From Chloroflexi bacterium B3_Chlor (GTDB lineage Bacteria; Chloroflexota; Anaerolineae; UBA7937; B3-Chlor): 64,000 nucleotides of DNA. The translations under genes were made by a program, and so were the position numbers. The notes beneath the pieces were generated by a model that was not told the origin of the DNA, ran no database searches, and saw only the letters and a list, made by a program, of their open reading frames with translations. The stretch covers positions 24,276 through 88,275 of the forward strand of contig NJBK01000007.1 in NCBI GenBank assembly GCA_005223035.1, in the 5' to 3' direction. Positions 18,132 through 26,856 of this stretch are shown here, piece after piece (position 1 is the first letter of the stretch; each line of letters opens with the position of its first letter).

Positions 18132-19217
18132 GTGATGGTAGAGAACAGAACGGACGTCGCCGTATTCATAGATTTCGAGAACATATACATTTCGGTGCAC
18201 AACAGACATGATGCGGATCCCAACTTCGAGTATGTAATGGATAAGTGTGCCGAGTATGGTCGCATCACCATCGCCCGGGCGTACGCCGATTGGTATCGGT
18301 ATCCAAGAGTGACCAGCGCCCTCTATGCGCACGGTATCGAGCCGATGTACGTCCCCACCTATTACTATGAGCGTGACAAACCCCATAGCGCGAGTGCCAT
18401 CAAGAACAGTGTGGACATCCATCTCTGTATCGATGCCATCAAGACCCTGTACGGCTATCCCAGCATAGGCAGCTATGTACTGGTTACCGGCGACAGGGAC
18501 TTCATCCCCGCGGTGAATACGATCCGTCAGTATGGTAAATGGGTGGTGGTCATCGGGGTAGGGGGAGCGGCATCTTCCCATCTGGCGCAAAGTGCCGACG
18601 AGTTCGTCCTTTACGAGCACCTGATGGATAAGGAGGTCAAGGAGGTCAAAGAGGCGCCTGGGGACATCTACGAAGCCCTCGTGGAGGCTATTGACCTGGC
18701 CCGGCAGAGGGACAACATATCCACCATGGCTACCCTGAAACTCCTGATGATGGAAACTCTGGGCGGTTTCGACGAGAAGGATTACCGGGACTCGGAAGGG
18801 AAGCCCTTTGGCAAGTTCAAGGATTTCGTGAGAGAAGCCGAGCGGCGAGACTTGGTGCAGATCTTCACCAGCGGGACGGTCCACGAGGTGTTCTTGCAGG
18901 ATGAGGACCCGTACGCGCTAAGTCACTTCGTGTCAGAGGTGGTTTCCGAGGAGGAGGAGCCTGCAGGTGGGATCGGGCCCCGAGAGTGGAGGATCTTTCG
19001 GGAAATGATGCGGCAATTCGACGAGCCGGTTCGCTTCGTGCAGATCTACAACGCCCTGCGTGGGTTGCGGAACACAGAGGTGATCGACCTCTCCAACGCT
19101 GAGATAAGGGAGTTGATAAAGTCGGGCATACGGGAGGGGTTGTTGATCCGCACCACCAGAGGCGCCCATGGATTCTATCAGCTGGATCGCGGTCACCCGT
19201 TGCCGTCAGGTGGATAG
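18132..19217 (+). CDS. NYN-domain (LabA-like) protein with C-terminal LOTUS/OST-HTH-like and winged-helix-like modules
   Basis: NYN signature VAVFIDFENI...ARAYADW...VLVTGDRDFIPAVNTIRQYGKWVVVIG. The C-terminal half has helical modules of about 70 aa (..ATLKLLMMETLGGFDEKDY..KFKDFV..). Confidence 0.75.
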   Translation: MMVENRTDVAVFIDFENIYISVHNRHDADPNFEYVMDKCAEYGRITIARAYADWYRYPRVTSALYAHGIEPMYVPTYYYERDKPHSASAIKNSVDIHLCIDAIKTLYGYPSIGSYVLVTGDRDFIPAVNTIRQYGKWVVVIGVGGAASSHLAQSADEFVLYEHLMDKEVKEVKEAPGDIYEALVEAIDLARQRDNISTMATLKLLMMETLGGFDEKDYRDSEGKPFGKFKDFVREAERRDLVQIFTSGTVHEVFLQDEDPYALSHFVSEVVSEEEEPAGGIGPREWRIFREMMRQFDEPVRFVQIYNALRGLRNTEVIDLSNAEIRELIKSGIREGLLIRTTRGAHGFYQLDRGHPLPSGG

Positions 19218-19481
19218 TGTGGGTTGCGGAGGCTCGCTGGACACTTGATGACATTGCTTGGCGGTGCACTGCTTTGGCACATGGGAGCGCAGTAGAGTGC
19301 CAGTAGAACCTGCCCTCGGTTGCGATCCGCTTGCTCTGTTTGGTGGTTCGCGTCTGCCCGCAGCGCCTGTTGGGTCGGATTCTAGGCGTGGGGGTGAGCG
19401 TGCGAGTGCACGCTGTTTGGCTCACACGCCCGCGCGCTTGGTGAAGTAACCAACAGGCGCGAATCAGTAGGGAGGGGGAGA

Positions 19482-21491
19482 GTGGCTATAAGGGACGTGG
19501 GCATGCCCGCACTGCTTGTGGAACAGATGCAAGAAGCTGCGGAGGCTGTTTGCAGGCGGTTTGGCTACGACGACGTCCTCATTGCGTTAAAGGGCGACGA
19601 TGCAGCCGAACCGGTGTGTGTTGTGGCGGCGGTTTCGGACCGGAGGCAATCTTTCCGCCAGACGGGCGAAAAACGGAGGCATAGCGACGCTGAGGGCCAA
19701 CTGTTAGAGTGGATCGGCTCTGGCGGCGAGGCGGTGTTGGTCGGCGACATCTCTGAAGAGCCCGACCATGTGCCCATCTTCCCCGACGCCAGGTCCGAAC
19801 TGGTGGTTCCCATCGCGCGCGCCGGAGATTGCCTGGGGACGCTCGCCATAGGTTCCGTTGAGCCTGCTGCCTTTGACGAAACCACTGTCGTGGCTGTGCA
19901 GACTTTGGCCGATCACCTGGCGGTGTCCATCGAGAACGCTCGGGAGTGTGAACGCGCGAGGGCGGACTGCGAATACTTCCGCACGATGGTCAATGGATTG
20001 CAGGATCAGGTGATGGTGATAGATGTCAACGACCGCATCATTGATGTCAACGTTGCCTTTCTGCGACAGATGAAATCGACCCGAGACGAGGTGATCGGGC
20101 GACCCTGCTATGAGGTGGTGTACGGCCGCGCCGAGCGGTGCGACGACACCGAGGCCCCCTGCCCCCTGCAAGAGGCTTGGGAGAGCGGGCGAGCGAGCGC
20201 GACTTTCCACACCCATTACGATCAGGAGGGAAAAGGGACCCACTTCAGGGTCTCCGCCTTGCCCCTACGCGACCAAGAGGGTAAGGTAGTGAGGGTCATC
20301 GGAGCGTGCCTCGACGTGACCGCCGAGCACAGGCTGGAGGAGAAGCTGGGTACGATCTACGCACTGGGACGGGAACTTGTGCTCTCCCGGGAAGCGAGGG
20401 AGATCGCTGGGGCCGTGGTTAGGGCCGCGGAACAGCTTCTTGAGTTCCGTGTCTGCCACCTGTGGGTGATAGACGAGGAAAGGAGGGTGCTGGTTTGCTG
20501 GGCCTGCACGCCCGCGGGGGAGATGGCGGACATCTCGGAACTGTCGCTGGACAGCGAAAGGGGCATATGCGTGATCGTCGCCAGGAGTGGAGAGGCCGTG
20601 TACCTCCCCGACTCCAGCCAGGATCCGCGCTACGTGAGCGGTCGATCGGCCACCCGTTCGGAGTTGTGCGTGGCGCTTAAGGTGGGGGACCGGGTCATTG
20701 GTGTCTTGTGCGCCGAGAGCGAAGAGGTGGACGCTTTTGGCGAGGACGACCGGCAAGTGTTCTCCGCCCTGGCGGACCAGGCTGCGCTCGCCATCGAGAA
20801 CGCCCGCCTCTTCGAGTCTGTCATGCAGCAGCGCGAACAACTGCGGGCGCTGGCTTTGCAACTGGCAGAGGCCGAGGAGGCCGAAAGACAGTGGCTTGCC
20901 CGAGAATTGCACGATCAGGTCGGGCAGAATCTGGCTGCCCTCGGCATCAACCTGAACATTATACGGTCGCAGTTACAGGACGAAGTCGTGGGCGTGGTCC
21001 GTGCCCAAGTGGACGACTCCCTGGTATTGCTGGAGCAGACGACGGAACGGATCCGCGATTTGATGATCGATCTGCGACCACCTGTGCTTGACGACTACGG
21101 CTTACTGGCCGCTCTGCGCTGGTACGGCGAGCAGTGGGCCTCGCGTGCGGACGTCGTCGTCAGCGTGGAGGGTAGGGAGCCTGAGCCCAGGCTGGCGCCG
21201 GCGGCCGAGGCCGCCCTGTTCCGCATAGCACAGGAGGCCTTGACCAATGTGGCCAAACATGCGCGAGCAGCAACCGTGGGGCTCACGGTAGAGGTGGATG
21301 GCACGACTGTGCGCCTGATAGTTGCCGATGATGGTGTCGGATTCGACCCCACTCGGCTGGGCAAGGCCGATGTGCGCCGCGGCTTGGGCCTGCTCACTAT
21401 GACTGAGCGCGCGGAGGCGGTGGGCGGCCAGTGCCACGTCGAATCGCGCCCGGGGTCCGGTACGCGAGTTGTGGTGGCGGTGGCGCGATGA
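19482..21491 (+). CDS. Cytoplasmic sensor histidine kinase, GAF-PAS-GAF-HisKA_3-HATPase
   Basis: No TM helix. There are two GAF-like regions flanking a PAS region (..MVIDVNDRIIDVNVAFL..EVIGRPCYEV). H-box LARELHDQVGQNL is NarX/DegS type. N and G boxes are present (EALTNVAKHA; DDGVGF). GTG start with RBS GGAGGGGGAG. Confidence 0.85.
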   Translation: MAIRDVGMPALLVEQMQEAAEAVCRRFGYDDVLIALKGDDAAEPVCVVAAVSDRRQSFRQTGEKRRHSDAEGQLLEWIGSGGEAVLVGDISEEPDHVPIFPDARSELVVPIARAGDCLGTLAIGSVEPAAFDETTVVAVQTLADHLAVSIENARECERARADCEYFRTMVNGLQDQVMVIDVNDRIIDVNVAFLRQMKSTRDEVIGRPCYEVVYGRAERCDDTEAPCPLQEAWESGRASATFHTHYDQEGKGTHFRVSALPLRDQEGKVVRVIGACLDVTAEHRLEEKLGTIYALGRELVLSREAREIAGAVVRAAEQLLEFRVCHLWVIDEERRVLVCWACTPAGEMADISELSLDSERGICVIVARSGEAVYLPDSSQDPRYVSGRSATRSELCVALKVGDRVIGVLCAESEEVDAFGEDDRQVFSALADQAALAIENARLFESVMQQREQLRALALQLAEAEEAERQWLARELHDQVGQNLAALGINLNIIRSQLQDEVVGVVRAQVDDSLVLLEQTTERIRDLMIDLRPPVLDDYGLLAALRWYGEQWASRADVVVSVEGREPEPRLAPAAEAALFRIAQEALTNVAKHARAATVGLTVEVDGTTVRLIVADDGVGFDPTRLGKADVRRGLGLLTMTERAEAVGGQCHVESRPGSGTRVVVAVAR

Positions 21492-22141
21492 GCATTGCTG
21501 TGTTCCTGGCCGATGACCACGCTGTGGTCCGTGACGGTCTGCGGTTCCTTTTGGAAGCGCAGGGGGATATAGACGTGGTAGGAGATGCTTCGGACGGCCG
21601 GGAGACGGTCCGACGCGTCGGCGAACTGTGTCCCGATGTGGTCATCATGGATGTGGTAATGCCCGAATTGAACGGCATCGAGGCCACGAAGCAGATCACC
21701 GAGGTGTGTCCCTCAGCGCGCGTCATCATACTGTCCATGCATTCCACGTCGGAGCACATCTTTCGAGCTTTTCGCGGTGGCGCATGGGGTTATCTGCTGA
21801 AAGAGTCGGCCGGCAGCGAGGTAGTGCGCGCCGTGCACGCCGTTCAGGGCGGACGCAGGTACCTGAGCGACAAGATCGCCGATACGGTGCTTGACGACTA
21901 CATGCGGTGGGGCGAGGCCGCCGAAACAAAGAGCCCTCTGGATCGCCTCAGCCCTCGCGAGCGAGAAATCCTGCAACTGGTGGTGGAGGGACACTCGAGC
22001 GCGAGAATCGCCTACATCCTTTCTGTGTCTCCGAAGACCGTGGACACCTACCGCAGCCGCCTCATGCAGAAGCTGGGCATCAACGACGTCCCTGGTCTGG
22101 TCAAGTTTGCCATCCAGCACGGATTGACCCCCTTGAAATAG
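21488..22141 (+). CDS. NarL/LuxR-family response regulator
   Basis: MSIAVFLADDHAVVRDGL...VVIMDVVMPELNG is a REC domain. The C-terminal LuxR HTH reads LSPREREILQLVVEGHSSARIAYILSVSPKTVDTYRSRLMQKLG. The ATG overlaps the kinase stop (ATGA). Confidence 0.9.
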   Translation: MSIAVFLADDHAVVRDGLRFLLEAQGDIDVVGDASDGRETVRRVGELCPDVVIMDVVMPELNGIEATKQITEVCPSARVIILSMHSTSEHIFRAFRGGAWGYLLKESAGSEVVRAVHAVQGGRRYLSDKIADTVLDDYMRWGEAAETKSPLDRLSPREREILQLVVEGHSSARIAYILSVSPKTVDTYRSRLMQKLGINDVPGLVKFAIQHGLTPLK

Positions 22142-22475
22142 CGCCGTCTGAGGACAACAGGCCGCCTTGCCGTCCTGTCTCCGTTTGACACAGAGCAGGG
22201 GCCAGAGGTGGCACCCGCGCCCCAGTGAATCTCCACTTTGTCCATCTTTCCCCACCTGGATTGTCAAGCTTTCCCGACAGACAAGGCCCGCAGTATCTGG
22301 TAAGCTGATGGAAAGAACTCGTGTCGCGGGCCCGAGCACTTCAACGGGACCGGGTGTGCGACGGCGGGCTCCATTCCTTGCTTTACCAGCGCTTATGACC
22401 GAGGACGACCCACTTCGCCCGTTGGACACAAATACCAAGGGTTCGCTCGGACACAGTATGGGCTGATCCTGGACA

Positions 22476-23150
22476 ATGAACGTGACCTGGAGACCTGCAA
22501 TGGACCCGACGTTGGTGTCGCTTGTCTCGGTCGTCGCAGCCCTCTTCCTGGAGGAGCCCCCTCTCGTCCTGGCAGAAGGGATGGTTCGTGGCCAGTTGGA
22601 CCTGCCGGTGCCACCGAGTGCCGATGGGAAACTCACCGAGGCGCTGGACGCGTTGAGATCATTTGCCCGGGCCCGACTTGGGGGCGACGCGGGACAACTC
22701 CACAGACAGCTCCGTCAGGAGTTCGCGGGTCTGTTCGTCGGCCCTCAGCCTCGGACCGTTCATCCCTACGAATCGTTTTATCGGGACAGTCTGACCGTCG
22801 GCGCCGAGACGTTCCAGGGGTTGTTGATGGGAGAGTCGGTAGACAAAGTTCGCGCGTTTTGGGCCGAGGCTGGTGTCCATTGCATCAACCCTTACAACTA
22901 CCCACCCGATCACATTGGCCTCGAACTGGCTTTTGTGGCCTACATGGGCCGCGGGTATCTGGACACAGGGGAAGAACGATACCTGGAGCTCACCCGGCGC
23001 TTTCTGGAAGAACATCTACTGACCTGGGTGCCCGAGTTCTGCGCTGAACTGTACGCGGTCGACACAGCACGCTTCTACAAGCCCGTTGCCCAACTTGCAG
23101 AGGGGCTTCTGGCAATCCTTGCGGAGCGGTTGGATGTAGGAATTGGATGA
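22476..23150 (+). CDS. TorD/DmsD-family redox-enzyme maturation chaperone
   Basis: ..EFAGLFVGP....HPYESFY......PPDHIGLELAFVAYM.. is characteristic of the TorD family. It lies immediately upstream of the Tat-dependent molybdoenzyme. Confidence 0.75.
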   Translation: MNVTWRPAMDPTLVSLVSVVAALFLEEPPLVLAEGMVRGQLDLPVPPSADGKLTEALDALRSFARARLGGDAGQLHRQLRQEFAGLFVGPQPRTVHPYESFYRDSLTVGAETFQGLLMGESVDKVRAFWAEAGVHCINPYNYPPDHIGLELAFVAYMGRGYLDTGEERYLELTRRFLEEHLLTWVPEFCAELYAVDTARFYKPVAQLAEGLLAILAERLDVGIG

Positions 23151-23202
23151 CAGAGAGTGTTCCTTTGCGCCGAAATCTAGACCTAGGAGGAGGCTGAGTG
23201 AG

Positions 23203-26076
23203 ATGGACCCAAAGAAAGGTGGAAAGCCCGGGCAATTGTCCGCCGCCGGGAGTGGCAGGGCAATCAGCAGACGGGAGTTCATAAAGGGGGCGGGCGGGAC
23301 GACCGCTGGATTGGGACTGATCAACGCCTTTGGATCGCCAAAAAGCGTGTTTGCCGCTGAGCCGGTTACCCCGTACGACGAGGGGGAGATCAAGTACGGT
23401 TACTGCCGCGGGACCATCGGCTGCATGGCCTATTGTGGGAGACAGGCTCACGTGAAAGATGGCCGTGTCGTCGACATTACGGGATGGCCTGAACATTTCA
23501 TCAGCCGGGGCCACCTTTGCGCGAAAGGCGTGGCCGAGGTGGCGACCACTTACAGTCCCCACCGTATCCTCTACCCTATGAAGAGGGTAGGCGATGGCTT
23601 TGAGCGGATCAGCTGGGATGAGGCTATTGAAGAAATCACCGCCGTACTCAGGGAGGTCCGCAGCGAGTGGGACGGCAAACCCCTCCACCAGATGACGGCT
23701 GAGGAGCAGCGCAGAGTCGCCCGTACCGCGACGCCGAGAAACTCCTCCGGCGAACAGGAGTGGCTGGGCTATATGCGAATGGGGGAGTTATTCAACTCCG
23801 CCCCCCACTATTCGGGGTGCATCGGATGCTTCGGCAACTGGTGGCGTTCTGCCCTTGCCACGACGGGCTTCACATACCCCATCAACCCCATGCCGGACCT
23901 CGTCAACACCAAGATGGCCGTCAACTTCGGGGCCAACTACGCCGAAACGGCGCCGGTGATGATGCAGTGGTTTGAGGAGGCCAAGGCCAACGGGATGAAG
24001 ATGGTCTATTTCGATCCCCGATGCAGCAAGATGGCGTCCCGCGCGGATGAGTACGTTCCCATCCGGCCGGGGACCGACGGGGCCGTGGCTTTGGGTATCC
24101 TGAACGTCTTGGTGGAAAACGGCTGGACCTACCCTTATATGGAATACTACGTCGACAAAGGAGAGTGGGACAAGTATGTCAAGGAGGTCGTGTCGGCGTA
24201 CACACCTGAGAGGGTGGAGGAGATCTCCTGGGTGCCAGCGGAGAAGGTCAGGGATATCGCCCGGCAGATAAACGAGGCTGGCCGGAAGGTCTCCTTCGCG
24301 TGGGGCAGCCGTATCAGCACCAGCACCAACGGCTTCAACACTGGGCGCATCATGATGACATTGGTCCTGGCGACAGGGGCGTTCGGCACCCCGGGCGGCG
24401 GCATTCATCAACCCAAGCCAGCAGGGGTCCCGTCGATGTATATCCCATTCGCCGCTGCCGCACCAATGAGGTTCCCCAATAAGGGATACCCCGATGACCC
24501 CTTCAGTTGGGGCAAGGGCTGGGTTCCGGAAACTGACTGGCCTTCGATCAAGGAAGACATCAAGGTGGGCTACTTCCTCGGGGCTAACGGGATAGCAAGG
24601 GCGGCCGGGGATCAGCGGGGACTGATGAAGGCCCTCGGCGAGAGCGGAAAGCTCATCTTCGCCACGGTCGAATGGAACGAGATGTGCGAGTACGCAAACT
24701 ATATTCTTCCTCTGGCCACAGACCTGGAGACGGCTGGATCCACGTGGCTATGCGGCAGCAACCGTAACATGGCCTGGAAGGACGCGGCCATAGATCCGCT
24801 GGGCGAATCCAGGTCTGACATGTGGATCACCAACGAGGTAATGGCCCGGGTTCTGGGTGAGGAGACCTTCTACAGGGCCTGTCCGGACTGCGAGAGGGAA
24901 GCCAAGGAGATGCTGGGCGCAGGCGCCTCGCTGGATGAGGTCTTTGACAAGTTGATGAAGCCCTGGGCCGACGAGATTAAGAAGAGGTGGGATGAAGAGA
25001 GAGTCAAACCTTGGGAAGGAGGGATGCCTACCGGGAAAGACCTCTATACCATCATGAACGAGGTGGCGATGGAAAGCATCCAGGCCACAGGGCACGTTGA
25101 GGATCACCGGTTCGTGGTTCGCAACATAGAGCTCATCTTCAGAGAGGATCTGAAAGAGTGGGGCGACGAGGTGGGCCTGGACCTGGATAACCACGGCCTG
25201 GCCTGGCCGTACAATGTCTTCGTACAGGGACCTGAGGCGGTCAACCAGTACCTGTGGAAGCTGCACATGCAGGCCTGGCCCGTGATGCCTGGATCCCTGC
25301 CGGCGATGGATCCTGACAAGTGGCATCTTTTCTCTGGTCTGCGTCTTGATATCCTCAAGAACCTGCCGGGAGGCGTGCACTGGCCTTGCCCGGTGGGTCT
25401 GATGGAGCAAGACCCTGAGTATCGGGGCGAGACCGTGTTCTTCCAGAGGTCGATCGCCAACTGGATGACCGCTGAGGAGATGGGAATGCCGGAGATCCCG
25501 CTCATCTGGACACCCGGCATGCGCTGGAGCGACGAGGAGAAGAACTTTGTACCCTGGCAGATGGGCAAGGCGGTCATCGACCTCAGAGGAGAGACCTGGC
25601 ACGGAGCAGGCCTCCCTGAATGGGAGGAACCCATATACTACGAGCAAGAGCTCTCAAACAAAGGTCAGGACCTGGATCTGGGTGAGGAGTATCCGTTCAT
25701 AATCATCACGGGCAAACTGCCGCAGTTCGTTCTGAGCATGACCAAGGGGGTGAACGAGGTCCTGGTCGATGTGGGAGAGGAGCCTCGGGTATGGATCAAT
25801 GCCCAGTCGGCAGGCGCTCTTGGCATCGCCGACGGGGACCGGGTAAAGATCGAAACCCCTCGCTCTCCCCAATTTGGCCCCCTCACCATGAAGGCCAAGG
25901 CGACCGAGTTGATCCATCCGCGCGTCATTTTCTGCCCGCACGGCGCTGGCTCAGTCGCCATCCGGGACTCACTGAAAAACGAGGGCGGCATCAATTTCCT
26001 GGCCAACACCAGCGAGGACCATCTGACGCGAATGGTCGGGTATTCTCACTCCATAGGCAAGGTAACCAAGGCGTGA
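23203..26076 (+). CDS. Molybdopterin (Mo/W-bisPGD) oxidoreductase catalytic subunit, Tat-exported, PsrA/TtrA-like, substrate unknown
   Basis: Twin-arginine signal SRREFIKGAGGTTAGLGLINAF. The N-terminal Fe-S motif is YCRGTIGCMAYCG...GHLCAKG. Molybdopterin-binding segments (FGANYAETAP; VYFDPRCS; PIRPGTDGA) and a C-terminal beta-barrel domain are present. ATG 23203 with RBS AGGAGG. Confidence 0.85.
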   Translation: MDPKKGGKPGQLSAAGSGRAISRREFIKGAGGTTAGLGLINAFGSPKSVFAAEPVTPYDEGEIKYGYCRGTIGCMAYCGRQAHVKDGRVVDITGWPEHFISRGHLCAKGVAEVATTYSPHRILYPMKRVGDGFERISWDEAIEEITAVLREVRSEWDGKPLHQMTAEEQRRVARTATPRNSSGEQEWLGYMRMGELFNSAPHYSGCIGCFGNWWRSALATTGFTYPINPMPDLVNTKMAVNFGANYAETAPVMMQWFEEAKANGMKMVYFDPRCSKMASRADEYVPIRPGTDGAVALGILNVLVENGWTYPYMEYYVDKGEWDKYVKEVVSAYTPERVEEISWVPAEKVRDIARQINEAGRKVSFAWGSRISTSTNGFNTGRIMMTLVLATGAFGTPGGGIHQPKPAGVPSMYIPFAAAAPMRFPNKGYPDDPFSWGKGWVPETDWPSIKEDIKVGYFLGANGIARAAGDQRGLMKALGESGKLIFATVEWNEMCEYANYILPLATDLETAGSTWLCGSNRNMAWKDAAIDPLGESRSDMWITNEVMARVLGEETFYRACPDCEREAKEMLGAGASLDEVFDKLMKPWADEIKKRWDEERVKPWEGGMPTGKDLYTIMNEVAMESIQATGHVEDHRFVVRNIELIFREDLKEWGDEVGLDLDNHGLAWPYNVFVQGPEAVNQYLWKLHMQAWPVMPGSLPAMDPDKWHLFSGLRLDILKNLPGGVHWPCPVGLMEQDPEYRGETVFFQRSIANWMTAEEMGMPEIPLIWTPGMRWSDEEKNFVPWQMGKAVIDLRGETWHGAGLPEWEEPIYYEQELSNKGQDLDLGEEYPFIIITGKLPQFVLSMTKGVNEVLVDVGEEPRVWINAQSAGALGIADGDRVKIETPRSPQFGPLTMKAKATELIHPRVIFCPHGAGSVAIRDSLKNEGGINFLANTSEDHLTRMVGYSHSIGKVTKA

Positions 26077-26089
26077 AGGAGGCTGATCC

Positions 26090-26842
26090 ATGGCGAAATA
26101 CGGGATGCTGACGGACGTCGGGAAATGCATCGGCTGCCATGCATGTACGACGGCATGCAAGGTCAAGAACGATACGCCCGAGGGAGTCTTCTGGACCAGG
26201 GTGTCGACATATGAACAGGGAACGTTTCCGGACGCGAGGCCATATACAGCGCCGTTGAGCAGATGCATGCATTGTGAATATCCCGCCTGTGTATCTGCCT
26301 GCCCGGTCGGCGCTCTCGGCAAGGCCGAGGAAGGAGCGGTCACCTACGACGCCAGTAGGTGCGTCGGGTGCCGTTATTGCATGGCTGCCTGCCCCTTCCA
26401 CACTCCCCAGCTGGATTGGGACTCTGTACTGTCTTCCATTCAGAAGTGCCAGCTATGTGCCGACCGCCTGGCTGCGGATCTCGAACCGGCATGCGCTTCT
26501 GTGTGTCCGACAGGAGCGTTGCAGTTTGGGGAGCGAGCCTCTCTGCTGGCAGAAGCCAGAGAACGTATCCAGGCCAGCGACGGGCAGTACGTGAATCATA
26601 TTTACGGCCAGAATGAGGTGGGAGGTACTTCTGTGCTGTATATCTCGCCCGTGGAGTTCGAGAGTCTGGGACTCTCGCCGCTGGGCAGTGAACCACTCAC
26701 GGAGCTGAGCGAGAAGGTAGCCGTAATAGGTACGCCGACGATCGCTGGGGTTGCAGCTGCGGTTCTGGGCGGCCTGTACTTGTTCACAAAACGCAGAGAG
26801 CGAGGCAAGGCGGCATCCACTGCTGCTGAAGATAGCAAGTAG
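26090..26842 (+). CDS. Four-cluster [4Fe-4S] electron-transfer subunit (PsrB/FdnH-like) with a C-terminal TM anchor
   Basis: Four Cys groups: CIGCHACTTAC, CMHCEYPACVSACP, CVGCRYCMAACP, CQLC...CASVCP. A C-terminal helix follows (VAVIGTPTIAGVAAAVLGGLYLF). Confidence 0.9.
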   Translation: MAKYGMLTDVGKCIGCHACTTACKVKNDTPEGVFWTRVSTYEQGTFPDARPYTAPLSRCMHCEYPACVSACPVGALGKAEEGAVTYDASRCVGCRYCMAACPFHTPQLDWDSVLSSIQKCQLCADRLAADLEPACASVCPTGALQFGERASLLAEARERIQASDGQYVNHIYGQNEVGGTSVLYISPVEFESLGLSPLGSEPLTELSEKVAVIGTPTIAGVAAAVLGGLYLFTKRRERGKAASTAAEDSK

Positions 26843-26856
26843 GAGGTAAGAGTACG

